A DNA stretch of 64,000 bases from Kudoa neothunni (GCA_964304625.1 OZ199839.1:9252528-9316527), one strand, 5' to 3'. Shown: positions 27,020 to 40,728, numbered from the stretch's first letter. Notes: generated from the sequence alone by a model not told the origin. Program-made: numbers and translations.

Positions 27020-28107
27020 TTAAAATCTCCCCGGAAGCTTTGGAAGAACAAAACCTCTTCTACAAAATAAAATTAATTTTTGAAGTTTTCATAAAACAAT
27101 TACATCATTGGAACCGAAGCCATCTGAGTCATACCAGCGAAACCTTTTCCATTGCGGAAAACGCGTGCGAAGCCTCTCTCTCCCCAACCAATACCCCAAC
27201 TATTTTTTAGGACCCAATGAAATCCCCCTTTATCTTCATATCCAACACAAAGTAGAAATTGGATTAAATTGGAGGCGTCTGAATTGAGATCACGGTCGTA
27301 ATAAATACCGCTTTTATAGAATCGGAAAGAATTTTGAGATGCATTAATGGAAACCGAAACGGGGCCCAGACCAAAAACTGTAGATTCAAGCGCTAAATCC
27401 GTAGGAACTAAACTGTAATACTCTTCAAATAATTGAACCACTTGATAAGGATTGTACTGTGATATTCCTTTCTAAAAATAAATGTTAAAAATCATCTGGA
27501 TCACATTACCACGCCCTTGTATGGATAGTATTGTTCGTACATGATACCATTCACCTTTACATATTCAAACACATTCTCGGGGTTAACATCGAATATTTTA
27601 TAAATATCAGTATAATTATCGATAACTTGCTGTTCGCTGAATGCCACAGCGAAATAATGCCTAAGAGCGAATGCAGATTCGATTGCACCAACTGCGCTAA
27701 ACACCCACGAATTCGAGCGCAATCCTTGATCCTTTACCTTACATACTACTCCACGTTCTCTCCAATCGAACGATGACGGAATAGAATGTGGAGGGTAGAG
27801 AGCATTTATGGGGCGTGCTCTAGAACTATATTCTTCAGATGCGACACTTAAAATAGCTTTATACTCTTCATCACTCTATAGCATATCTTAAAAAGCTTGC
27901 GAGAGTTAATTGAGTTATTACCAGATGAGAAAAATGGTTGTGGCCGCAACTGTGCATAGAATCTTTTCTCGCATTGAAACTGGTGATAAATTCGTGGTTT
28001 TGGATAAAATTGTGAAATCTTACCTTTTCTTCCGAACGATAAAATTTCAACTTATGTGCAAGTTTATATTCTGGCCATATTCTGTGGCATATATCGGTAG
28101 ATGACAT
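27020..28107 (-). CDS. cathepsin-L-like (papain C1A) homologue A, catalytic Cys->Ser and His->Gln, 4 exons
   Basis: Exons 28107-27922, 27875-27510, 27471-27104, 27059-27020. I29 prodomain ERFNIN (EEKVRFHNFIQNHEFITSFN), PSSFDWRE, KDQGLRSNSWVFS, FSEQQVID, GPVSVSINAS, LIQFLLCVGY, WVLKNSWGIGWGERGF. Confidence 0.9.
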
Positions 28108-31100
28108 TTTGATCTTTATTAAACCGCCTCAATTTTCCTTTTAATATTATTAACAAGATTATTCATCATTATATATCTAGTATATGTACGACTACTATCA
28201 AATGGCTATGCCAGGGGTGATTTTTTCTGATCATATGTTAAAATAACAACGTTGCTACAGATAATATAAATAATACATCTCTATGTATTATCGGCGTATT
28301 ATGTACAACGATTAGTTAGTGATACTCCCCGCGTAAATGTTTATCTAAATTTAGAATGCTATCAGCTCGTAACCTAAACAGTAAATTGTTAATCTAATTA
28401 TAAGTCGACATATCCAATAATCACAAACGACGTAAACCAATTGTACGTTATCTTTTTTTTATCAATAATTTTTTTAGATATATAATTCATTTAAATTTTG
28501 TTATTATAATTTTTAATTAAAGAAGAGCTAATAACATTCCAATAATTTAAGCAACACGGAGAACATTCAGACGATTATTGATTATTGTCTCAAATAGTTT
28601 ATACTCATCCGCCCAAAATTAAACTCTACACTAAATAATATAATATCGTTTTACGTTTTTAACTTTATTTATTAATTTTTATAATTCTTTAGAGTAAATT
28701 TTTTTTATAATTTCGACTATCAAATAGAGATACAATAAATTATGTTTAAATGCCACTCCAGGTTTATTTTGGTGTGTATACTTGACTTTGTTTTTTATAA
28801 ATTTTAATAATTATTTATTGTTTTCTTTTAAATTATAAAATAGTAAAAAATACCAATTTTAACGGGATTTTTTAGTAATATTGCCTATTATTCGTGTCAA
28901 TTAAATTTACAGATTGCATAATCCACAACCAAATTAGGTCAGATAAAAACCAGCTAGCATTCAATTTTTTATCCTGTTATGTCAAAAAAACTATCTTTTG
29001 TATGACTGTAATTTTGAAAATTATTTGTGGTTTATCTTAATAAATGCCTCGGTTATATCATAATAATATTTTCTGCGAAAATTAAGCTTTTGTCGTGTGG
29101 CCGGCGCCCACCCATGTAAGGCTTCGGAGCTGTTGAAATGAGTTATAATAACTGTTTATTAATATTTAATCTGCATAATTAATGTAAAAAGGTTTCTTTA
29201 TTGAACAAATAAGGCAAATATACGGTTTTGGTAATTCCTTGAATTGGTATTTTAATTGCTGTGGGTTAGACAACTCAGACTTTACGCACTCCTAATGTTT
29301 TTAACATTGATTAATCATTTCATAATACACATAAATTAATATTCTCTTTTGACATAATATACCGAGGAGTAATTTAAACTGAAAAATTCGATATTCTATT
29401 ATTAACTTTACAACTACTCATCCGAAAATGTTTCCACATAAGAAATAAAGCTTAATAACATTTTTAAATTGAGTTAGCTATATCTTTTCGCCCGTAATGC
29501 ACAAAATGATTTATAAATTATATATGGGGACGATTCCGCGGAAATAACACAATATAAATGTGTCGAAATTGATACCAATAAAGATGAGAGGGGCGGAGTA
29601 ACTTACAATCTCCTTAAGACAAAGAGAGATAAAAAATAATTTATTATAGTCTTTATTATGTCGTTTATTATTAGTTTGTGAATATTCAACATTGTAAATG
29701 TCAAATAAGGATATGTAAAAGAAAAGTTGTGGACTTCTCCAATGAATGAAACTAAATCTATTAAAGATTTGGGATTCCATGATCATATTGAAAATGATGA
29801 AGGAAAAATTAAAAAATTCAAACTTTTTTATAACAAATATAGACGGAAACTCCGTATATCCATATCCAACAGCTAAAGTTTATGGTATAGCTCCGAATAA
29901 CGAAAACCTTGATATTTCAAATAAGCTTCAAAACATAATATGTGAAAGAATGCGAAATAATCGCAAGCGAAAGAATATTATAACAATATCATTTTTTGCT
30001 TTCTAAGATAATTTGAAAACTAAAAGAAACTAAAAATTGTGACTCTCAACATATTATACTGTTAATAATAGTAGATTTCGGATTATCACAACCGAGAGAA
30101 ATTTGATACATCTCATTGCTTATAAATTATAACACATTCACAGCAGTCCTAAAATGGTCCTTTCAGCTGTATAACATCTCAGGGATCGTTTTTAATCAAA
30201 TATATGTTTTTGTTTACATATTGTCGGACAAAATTACAAAAAAGCTATAAAAAAGTACTCGAAATTCTTCAATAAATGGCAAAATGAAACTTCCCAAAAA
30301 TAAAATGCTAAAATTTGAAACGACCACTTACAATTCATTTAAAAACCCATCATAAATTTCGACTCATTTTTGCTAATGTCACCTTGAACAAAACGTGTAC
30401 AGAAAAATTTAGAAGCCAGGGTTATCCAAAGATTAGGATCGTAATTTTAATTTCAGGGACTGTCAAATTAATTACGTCTTTAGCATGTGTCCGTAAGAAT
30501 CGCGTAAAGAAGGAATTTGAAAAACTGAAAACAAGATCCAAAATTTTGATGATAAAAACAATTTCAATCCATTTATGGATTAATTAAAAAAGAATTTTAT
30601 CATGAACTCTAAATAATCACTAAAATCATTAGATGCTTTTGTCAGACTGATTTAAACGTCCATTTCTGTCGGGACATTCAGCAGGCACTTTTATTCCTGT
30701 TTTGAATAATCTCAACCTGGAATATTTATATTTGTTCAAAAATTATTTTACGTGAAATAATTGTGGAACAAGACGTATCTTTCAAATTTTTTAACCAAAC
30801 TTTTGAGGTACACAGAAACATTCATAGGAAAATACAAAAAACTGAAAACAATATTCCAAAATTAGGATAAAATACAAAAAATAAATTTCCTCGATAAAAG
30901 TACTTTATTAGCATAATTCATCAGATGAATATTCAAATAATTCGACTATATTTAACTCTTAGGTGTATAATTCATATGATTAATTGGATTACAAATAAGC
31001 AAGTGAACTTCACCATAACAAACCATTAAAATTCTCTTAAATAAGATTAAATATTATTTTATTTTTAAACCGCGTAGCCACATCAGGCCAACGACTTTCG

Positions 31101-31870
31101 AACTAACTATATACTTTGATAAAAATCATCAATTACGATATACCGAAGCACGCCTCATCGAAACATTGCTGTATGAGACATAAAAAATTTTCAATTTTCC
31201 TTGATTTCGGATTTTAAAATAGCACAAGAAATAATTTCTTAGTGAATGTAGATTCAAACTTAATCGGTCACAAATTTCACTTTTGGGAACAATCCCATTC
31301 AACTCCAAATTTTATATTACGATTGACAAACTTTTATTCTCTATCAACAAACAAATCGTAAACAGCCATAAAGATAGTTGTTTTCTTTTATAATAAAGTT
31401 TTTATTGAATATATTTTAATCTACTATAAAAAGACATTTATAATGCTTGCAGAGATGAAACAAGTGAATTAGAAATCAATCGCAATATTGAATTACCCAT
31501 AAGACACGATAATTAGTTTTATTATTAAGAACTTTTTATAGTACTAATTCGTTTGTTTAAATAATATTAACTATTATAATAAAATGTCTAGATATCGCAA
31601 TAATAATAAAATATGATTATTTTGGAATACAAGTTTCACACACATAAGCCATATTTAAAACTTAGATTAAAATGTAAAACTTTAAATAACAGGCTTTATA
31701 GCTATTTTAAAAGTAAATTTATTGCATGCCAGTAAACATAAAATATGGGATTTCGTTTCGCGAAAATTCACCAGAAAATATACAACTATTCGATATAATA
31801 ATCCTCAAACTAAAACAAAGGAACAAGCGAATAAAGACAAACGACACAGTGAGAAATTATCAGTTTCAAG

Positions 31871-32999
31871 TTATTGTGGTATAGCCTTCCTTCTGAGTGT
31901 TGGAATTGAGAATCCTTTCCTAAAGAGCGAGAGTGGTAAAATGGCCCAAGTAACAAGAAATACACTATGGGGACCGATGCAAGATGAGTGATACCGGCGA
32001 ATCCGCGGCCATTCCTCTGAAGGCGCATATAACCTCTCTCTCCCCATTCAACTCCCCAACTGTTCTTCAGAAGCCAGAACATGTTTTCAGTGCCATATTC
32101 GAATCCAATACAAAGCATTGCATGGTCTATACTTTCTGGTACCGAAGCAATGTGATCATCGAAATAGACGCCACGTTTGTAAAATCGGAAACTATTGCTG
32201 GAAGCGTTGATAGCCACGGACACCGGTCCGAGAGTGAAAATTGCGCATTCTAGGGCAGATTCTGAATTTTTCAAACTGTAATGATCTTGTATGTAGACCA
32301 CACTGTAAGGATCGTACCTCTTTGTTCCTTGCTATTAAAACAGAAAAAACCAGATTCATTACAACCTGTGCGTAAGCTCCGAATTACGTACATTTCCCTC
32401 GTAAGGATAGTGTTTTTCGTACATGATACCTTTCATTTTGACGTACTCGAATACGTTTTCAGTGAGACCACCATAACGTCCATAGGTGGCATCACAACAA
32501 TCTATGATTTGTTGTTCACTGAAAGAAACCAAACAACCATGAGCTTGAGCGAATGCTGCTTCGATGGCAGCTACTGCACTGAATGCCCAGGATGTGCCAA
32601 ACAAGCCTTGGTTTTTCACCCTACCTACCACATCATAATCTCTCCAGTCGAACGCCGAAGGGACACACTCGATATGAGTGTCATTTTCTCGCATGAAAGC
32701 ACGTCGTTCAGTGGGAGCACAACATTTGATCGTTAGCAGAGCTTTGTATTCCTCATCGCTCTAAAACAAAATTGTGCAAAGTTGGGCTGATAATTGTGAT
32801 TTCTGCTGCATACTAAATGTGAGAATTGATTGTGGCCACAACAATGGGTGACGTGTCTCCGATGGTTATAACTGGAGATAAAAGCGTGGCTTCTATGGAA
32901 ATTATTGAAACGACGATTGTCTTGGTCACTGTTGTACACCAGCTTATGTCTCGTCTTGTACTCAGGCCAAATTCTTCTGCATACATCCTCGATCGACAT
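31871..32999 (-). CDS. cathepsin-L-like (papain C1A) homologue B, Ser-His-Asn triad, 4 exons
   Basis: Exons 32999-32814, 32760-32392, 32331-31964, 31919-31871, with the same intron positions as paralogue A. PSAFDWRD, KNQGLFGTSWAFS, FSEQQIIDCC, IDHAMLCIG, WLLKNSWGVEWGERGY. Confidence 0.9.
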
Positions 33000-33912
33000 T
33001 TTTATCCGTGATCATGTCCGCCGACAATCATTTTTAATAATATTAACTAGATTACAGGCAATTAACGTGAATTCCGTTATCGTGGAAATAGATAAGAATA
33101 TAGGTTTGACATAATAATTTAAACTGTCAATAAATAAGTGGCACTCTACCAAGGTATGCAGTTAGGTTTCTTTGAGGCCGCTCAACAAAATTGCGAAATA
33201 TGTTGCTGGTAACGACTTCCATATCCCAACAAATCGTTATCTAAATCTTTTGTGTTACCAGTACGTGACATAAAACGTTCTATTAAAAATGAATAAATTT
33301 TAAAACATTATTTAGAATAGAATAATTCTTTGATTTTTCACATACAAATTCAAATATTTCTTCAATAGATCTCAAAACACGATCAAATTAGCTACTTTCT
33401 GTTTAGTTTAGGTAGATAGTTTAAAATGTATGTGGTATTTAAATCCACATAATTGTTTAGCTTTACGATAGCTTGAAATTGAATTTTGTTTTGAGGCTAC
33501 ATGAAAGGCACTAACGTAAAACTGAATACACATGCACGTAACCCTACATTCTTAAGGGGAACTCGCTTAGTCACCTATGGCATATTAAAAAATAGCGTTA
33601 TAAATCTTCGTGTAGCTCCACATAGGAAAGTGCATTTAAAATATACAGTTCACCAATATAAGTAATAACCTTCAAAATATTGCCGATATATGCTCGGTAT
33701 CAGTCAATCCTACATATGTTACGAATTTCTAAAGATTGCATAGAATATAGTTTGCTAAATATATAGAATCGGTATCCCCTTCCACACAAATTCTATTATA
33801 TTTGCTGGAGATTGGTGGTTTATTAATGAGTTTGATAATTTAATTGGAAGGAACACTTGTTTTCTTTCAGTTAATAGTAAATTTATCATTATATTTTATC
33901 AAATCCGAACGA

Positions 33913-35791
33913 ATGAAAAGGCACGTTAAAAATAAATTTTCAGGTTCATCTTCCGAGTATTTCACTCGACCCACTGCCAAAAATAGTAGCTACTCAAACC
34001 TTGTTATGAGCATGACTAGTTCTGGGGGAGTGCGCTCTTCAAAAGTGGTTGCAAAAAAATTATGGGATTCAGCTACAACAAATCGAGCCGTATTTGCCAA
34101 TAGAACGACATCTACATTTTGCAATAGCCCCAAATCTTTGATAACCGACGGTGCCGCTCTATTGATGGAGGAGGCTTGTAGAAATAATGATGAGTTTTCA
34201 TTTCCTTTTTTCAATATTACCAACACCGACACTGTCACTGTCACCGATGATAAAAACAATAACTCCAGTCGACTATCATCAAAGAATGATCATTGCCATA
34301 TAAAAAAACGTCTTTTTGGTATTGTTAATGATGGAACTGCTAGCAACACTACTAAAGTTAATACTGCCATCTGTGCTGATCTTTTTACTAATGAATTCGA
34401 ACACCCTAAACAATTCGTTGAATGCAATGTCAACGTATGCCAACTTACATTATCTGATAAACAAAATTTTCCATCCGATCTAACTGGATCAGTGTCATGG
34501 GAAGAATCGTCGAATATGAACACAATAATGAATGCACCTTTTGAGCAAAACGAAAATTTAGCTTCAGAAGAATCGTCTCCATTTGTTCCAACCAAACAAT
34601 CGCATGAAGAAAAATTGTTTTCTAATGGCACGTTAACACCTAAAACTCGAGTGGTTAAAAGAGGACGTGCTTTAACTGATTTTTCTGAAAATAATTCACC
34701 ACTGTCAATATTGACAGAAGGCACCAAAAAGGTATCTTTAAGTTAAGATGCTTTTGATTTATATTCATTGATGTGTCGTAGTTGAAAATAAGTGATCGTA
34801 TATACAGTAGTGTGTGTTGTGGAGTTGGGATATCGTTTAATTGCGAAACGCAACCAAAAAAAGCGTCCTCATTCGCAGATAATCAATTGTTACCCCTTCC
34901 AATAAATGAGGAAAAGTTTGAGTCGATCGATACTATCAAGAAATCTATCGAAAAGTAAAATCCAAATTTGCTTGAAATTGTTCCTCAGTTAACACTCTCT
35001 AGAATAGCACATACTTCAAACGAACCAACGAATCCAAATACTGATTCAAATAAACGTCTAATTGGCGATTATAGTAGATATAGCGTGTTTCCAACAGCCC
35101 TAGGAGATCATAATGACCTATTAACAATAACTTCATCTACACTTGCCAATCTCATTCAATCCCATTACGATCCAAAGTCAGACACCATTTACAATGACGA
35201 TTACAATATTATTTTGATTGATTGTCGTTATCCATATGAATATCAGGCTGGGCACATCAGAGGTTCCATCAATCTGTACAAGATGGACGATATTCTTGGA
35301 CAGTTTATTGAAAAAGCCAAGTCAAAATTGTTTGATAACAAAGGAAAACTTCCAATCCTTATTTTTCACTGCGAATTTTCCTCTAGAAGAGGCCCAAAAC
35401 TGTAACTGTGTGCCTATCAAGCTTCCTACTGATTTCAATTAATCTTTAGAGCTAGGTCTCTGCGTAATTTTGATAGAAATGTTCACAAGGAATGCTATCC
35501 CAAACTATTCTATCCTGAAATTTATATTCTAAAGGGAGGTTACGCCAACTTTTATAGGGATTCTTCTGTATTTAAAACAATTATTTGAATTTAAATTAAA
35601 ATCTTATTTAGAATTTGTGTATACCTCAAGATTACGTCCCCATGGTTGATAAAAGATACACAGAACAATTGGAGTTTCATCGGAAAGAAAGCAAGTCTTC
35701 ACTAGGTTACACTAACGTCAAAACGACCGCAAGAACTAAAACTGAAGGAAATTCTGGACGTTTCCCAACCTTCAGGCGACGAATTACTTAA
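33913..35791 (+). CDS. CDC25: M-phase inducer phosphatase Cdc25, 5 exons
   Basis: Exons 33913-34731, 34782-34954, 35003-35401, 35450-35567, 35612-35791. Motifs IDCRYPYEYQAGHIRGSINL, active site IFHCEFSSRRGP (CX5R), YPKLFYPEIYILKGGY, CIPQDYVPM; Ser/Thr-Pro-rich N-terminal regulatory region. Confidence 0.95.
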
Positions 35792-37413
35792 TATATCTTT
35801 CAATGTCCTCTTGGAAGTGTTTTTGTCTCCTGCGATTCAAATAATACTAGATAAAAGTTTTACATCGTATGTCGTTGTTGGTTTTATTTGGTCACGTTGA
35901 GTATAATTTTTTCTTCGAGAATCTTTTTTATATGAATACGAGAGAATATTCTGAATACATCTAAATAGATCAACCCCACAAAAATGATGTAGAATAGTAA
36001 GTAGAAGTCGAGTCCATTAGGACTTTAGTGTCTAATTTATTTTTTTATTTTTTCAACAATAATTCCTCTTTAATTTAAATAATTTTCTATGCATTCGTAT
36101 ATGCACAAAATTCCCATTTAATGATTAATTCGCTTGCTTTATCATTATGAGAATTATTTTAATTATCTATGAAAATATCATAAAAAATCAATTTATTTTT
36201 AGAAAAATATTTAAATTAGTTAGTTAATGAGTATAAATTTATTCAAACGTCAAAAAAATGATTCAAACTATCCTATCAAATATCAAATATTCGTCGCTTT
36301 ATTATCGAAAAAAACCAAATATAACAGAGAAATGTTTTTTAAACTCTGAATATTTAGTGGTTGTTATTAGGGATATTTTATATAGTTTTGTGAAATTTGG
36401 CAAATATAATATAATTTAATATATAAATCCTAAAAATAATCCAACAGAATATACAATAATAACAATTTTTTATTATAAATTACTCGCACTGCATAAACAC
36501 TCATGTCCTCCAGAAAATTCGTCTTTTTTCTGGTATCTCGGATTTTTTTGGTTTTGCTGTACAAAATTAATTAGTTTTTTATTTTTTCGATGAATTAATC
36601 ATCAGAATCAATCATTATTGTGTTATTCTTATAAAAAAGACTTTTATATTCCTTCATCTATATTTGACTTAATAGTTCTTTGTCAGTGATGTTATCGCTG
36701 CCTTCATTTTCCCATAAAAATTCTTACATACCGCATAGAATGAGATCTCTATTGATGTGTACGCGCTAAATTTAACTCTATTCCTATCGAATTATATTCA
36801 AATTAAAAAAAACAAGATATTAAACTATTTTGAAATATTAGAAAACTGCTTTCCGAAATGTTCCCAATTTATTGTTTTATTATTTTATTAATTTTTTCAA
36901 ATACTATTTAATTATTTTATAACCTATATTATTCTTTCTATTTTTATTATTCGATTATTAATTACTTTAATATGGCATCATTTTTCTACCAAATTATTTA
37001 ATTAATTAACTAGTTTATTATTTTACTATATTTTATTATATCTTATTATTTTACCTAGATGACCCAAATATAATATTTACGCTCGTCGCTAATAAATACC
37101 TCAACACAAGTTCTAAGTAAATTAATGTACAGATTCGGAATAACAAAAGTGTGAATCTTGTTGACTGACGAATTTTCGAGAAACACTCGTCAAAATCACG
37201 TTTGAGATTCAAGTGAACTCTGTTTCAATCTATTTTATAAAAAGACCTAATGTGTTTATCTCATTTATTTTCTATTAGCTCGAGAATCCTACATCTGTTT
37301 ATATTGCGTGATAGGCGAATTGAAATTTTTGCTCAAAAACCATTTTTAATAGAATTATTCTGTAGTATAAAACTCACAATGGAAAAAAAGATAAAGCGAG
37401 TATCTACAAATAT

Positions 37414-38346
37414 CTATTTGACACAGTCAAAAGTAACAATTCTAAATTTAAATCAAAATAGACCATAGAAAAAGCTTTACGATTTCAAATGTAAAGTTAT
37501 TTTGGTAAGAACATTGCAAGCTATATCAATCTAGCAACAGAAAACTATTAAAGCAACATCACAAAGATTATGAAAGAAAGGTACATTGTAAAGTGCATCA
37601 CCGCAGACAACAATCTCAATGATTGAAAGTTTAGTGCAGGGCTCTTCCTCTGCTTCCATAAGCTCTTTTTTCTAATAACGAAAAAATTAACATATTTTTA
37701 ATTTCACGCGAGATTCACTTGGTATAATTTTGTCAGGAAAATATTTAGATCGCCCGCCTGCAACAAATAACCTTTCCTGATATAATTTCTTTGTAATCTG
37801 CCAAATTTTTTAAATCCGTATATAATAAATAAACATATCAATCAATCAAATGAGAGATGGCGAATTAAAGAAGCTTTATACTTGCTCCCCAATCTTTCAA
37901 GCAACCATTCCACACAACCAACTACGTTCGTTGCTATGATTTTATTCACATATACAACTTCCTTAGTGACGAGTTGTGCTTCATCTATCACCGAGGATCT
38001 TTCTACTATTCTGAAAACATGATCATTGTTTTATAAGTTGATTTAGATCCCTATCTGAGTTACTTTGGCGCGTTATCATCCAAAATCGACTCGTTAACTC
38101 TTATAATAAACCCCGGTATTTTATTTGGATCTATTATAAATAAACTTTATCTTTAAACTGAAAAGTTTAAAAATTATTAATCAATCTACAAGAATCATCA
38201 CTGATGTGGTAGTGTTTAACACTTTCTTCAAAGTATTCTTCATTCGCCTTGTCAAAAAGTGTTTTACATTCTTCTAATAGTCTGTGCGTTGATTCTGTTT
38301 CAAAATATCCACGAACCGAATATCTAACGTTATGTCTTGACGACAT
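37414..38346 (-). CDS. MED18: divergent Mediator subunit MED18-like, 7 exons
   Basis: Spliced product MSSRHNVRYSVRGYF...KTLFDKANEEYFEE...VEWLLERLGSKLQRNYIRKGYLLQAGDLNIFLTKLYQ...LSIIEIVV...HLKSIVTFDCVK aligns by eye with MED18 blocks (YLLQGSV, RGLCDN.EPETF, FLMEMGFRMDHEFVAKGHLFRKG.MKI.VYKI, YLVELSV, QLKPLV). Start could alternatively be 38439; the last two introns are less certain. Confidence 0.65.
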
Positions 38347-38366
38347 ATGGAGTCTAAAAATGAATA

Positions 38367-38382
38367 TGCGCATGCGCCAACT
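38367..38382 (-). promoter_or_regulatory. NRF1-like/E2F-like composite element upstream of MED18 start
   Basis: AGTTGGCGCATGCGCA ends 20 nt upstream of ATG 38346. Confidence 0.5.
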
Positions 38383-39861
38383 AATTTTTTGTTTTTCATT
38401 CGGATAACTGTCAAATAATTTTTGCATAAATCTAACCATTTATATTTTTTATAATTTTCACCGAAAATTCACTTATATTTATAAGAGATATTATCGATTT
38501 CTTAGTACAAATGAAGTGTAATTTGTTGTGAAGAAGGATAATCCTTTGTTGTATCAAAGAAAAATTTCGAGTTTATAAAATAATTACCAAGTTTTCTCTA
38601 AATTATCAATATTCATTTTTTCAATATATAGATATATTAAAAGATTTCTCCGGGATAAATTAATTTTCGTGAAATCTATCTTGGTAATTAATTAAATTTT
38701 TTTAATTAAAAAGTCGTATTATATACCACATAGAAGTTGACTGTTTAAATAGATTTTTGTTTTAATAATTTTTATTGTCTTTATAAACTTTGGAAAAATA
38801 TTAATTTTTTAATGATGATCCCAGATATTACAATTTTTACTTAATAATAATAATAATAATATAAAATCTTCAAGAAATAACAATGCTCATTATAATGGAA
38901 AATATAATGATTTAATATCATTTTAAATAATACCTAACGCAATTACTCTGCTAATACAATGGCTTAATGTAGAAGGACCCATTAGGATTTTAATGATTAA
39001 ACGTATTACTTTAATTTTCGACATTATCCATGAATATGATAAAATATTGGTAGTTTAATTTATCTAAATACATAACTTAATTGTAAATTTTTAGAGTAAT
39101 GTCACTTATGAATTATTTGAAATCCCAATTATGTTCTATTTACAAAATGGAACAAAAACCAACGCGTTCAAAACATCATTTTACAAGGATCACTACTTTA
39201 AATAGTAAAATTTTGGTTCACAAAAATTGATTTTGAGCCGCAGGTACTTACTTGACTTTTAATGGATAGTTGTTTTCGGGTGAAATAAATTATTTAAATG
39301 GAGTATATATTTTAGGATTGGCATTTTATTCAACTATCATAAAGTAATGATAATAAATACATATTAACGATTTCTTTACAAATTTTCTTCCTGTTTTTTT
39401 CCCTTGTCTAAATTAAACACAAAGTTACCTTATATTGAAGATAGAATGGATTACTGTAACTTTGTTTACCAAAATACACTGCAACTGTTACTAACGCTAA
39501 GAAAATTGAGTAAGAAACCATGATTATTGCACTATATTTGTCCATTAGATCTAAACCACTGTGGAAGTGGATAACTTCGACGTGAATAATAAACTACTCG
39601 TAATAATCTCCTATTCATAGAAGCTTGTAAAACAAACGTTCTTATTCTTTTGTTTGTTAACGTTTTTATACCGATTTTGTCCACTTGTTATATTAAGAAT
39701 AGTTTAACTACACAATCATTAATGAACAGTAATTATATTCTAATTATGAATATTCATTTCCGATTGAAATCTACTTTATTTTCGTATATTAAAGATATTA
39801 AAGTCGAGAACTTTTTCTAGGTTCCTTATTATTTATTCTTAGGGGTGTTTTATTTGATTAA

Positions 39862-40728
39862 CCTTCACCGTACTGAATGCAACTAAACTTACCCAATGAC
39901 GAATTGGGGTCATTTACTGAACCCAGAAACAATCAATGTTAGTAAAATTTTAATGCGATTAAGCCTTGATTAATTAACTTGAATATTTTTAAGGTAAAAA
40001 AATACTAAAATTAAGTTGAATTGAATTTTCATTTCCTTCATTTTAAAAAATAGCATTTTTTGTCAGCCGCATCATTTGGTATCCATGAGAAAAATATTGG
40101 ATTTAAGTCGACCTAATTTATACAATAGTAATGATTTCGTAGATGTGATCAATTTTCCAAATTGGAACCTTCAAAAAAAATTCAACATGATATATGCTAC
40201 CAATCATATATTAAAATACTACTTTCGTTTGTTGTCGGTATATGCGGATTTTGTATCCAATGACGCGAAATTTTATATTAGTGTTATTAACTGATTTATT
40301 CTGTCATAATTTGTTTCATGTTGATCATACATGATTGAATATAAAACTTGAAACATTGTCACTCACTCTGCTACCAGCGCAACATTAGCACAATGTTAAG
40401 GGATTAACTTTCGTGAGTCTCCAAAGCATGTTACCATCGTAAAAATTAAGCTTTTAAAATAATATAAGTACAAAACTTGTTTCAAAATCTAATAAATACT
40501 TCAATAAACAATACAACAAAAATAGGTATCGATATTCGAACGTTAACACAAATTATTGCTAAGGTGTCATTATGTAGGACAAAACTTTTTTACCTTATAA
40601 AGCATAAATATAAAACTTTTTTTAATGAAGCTTCATAACTTAGAAAACAATGTAGAAATAAAATCAGTTTTCTATGAGTTATGAACAAAATAACTCATTT
40701 GGGGTCACCTCACACCTGAGTGGTAGGG
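39862..40728 (-). mobile_element. non-autonomous piggyBac-like element
   Basis: Bounded by TTAA|CC (39858-39861) and GGG|TTAA (40729-40732); subterminal TTGGGGTCA near both ends; internal scraps DGNMLW and AYIML...LYKLG on the minus strand. TIR identity is weak. Confidence 0.5.

Noticed and set aside
29090-29145. GC-rich patch with tRNA-like TGGCCG...TAAGGC
   Set aside because: No T-loop (GTTCRA) or cloverleaf.
29500-30900. Several short AT-rich ORFs between the cathepsin genes, possibly a decayed transposon
   Set aside because: No diagnostic motif or termini.
31810-31963. Apparent 50-aa read-through extension of cathepsin homologue B
   Set aside because: Explained by an unspliced 44-nt intron conserved in paralogue A.
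33006-33047. Possible non-canonical GT-GG intron upstream of the cathepsin B start, homologous to a 41-nt GT-AG segment in A
   Set aside because: It lies in presumed 5' UTR, so there is no reading-frame constraint to support it.
15860-35791. ATR and CDC25 (same checkpoint pathway) about 9 kb apart as a functional cluster
   Set aside because: Separated by unrelated genes; no evidence of co-regulation, and chance is sufficient.
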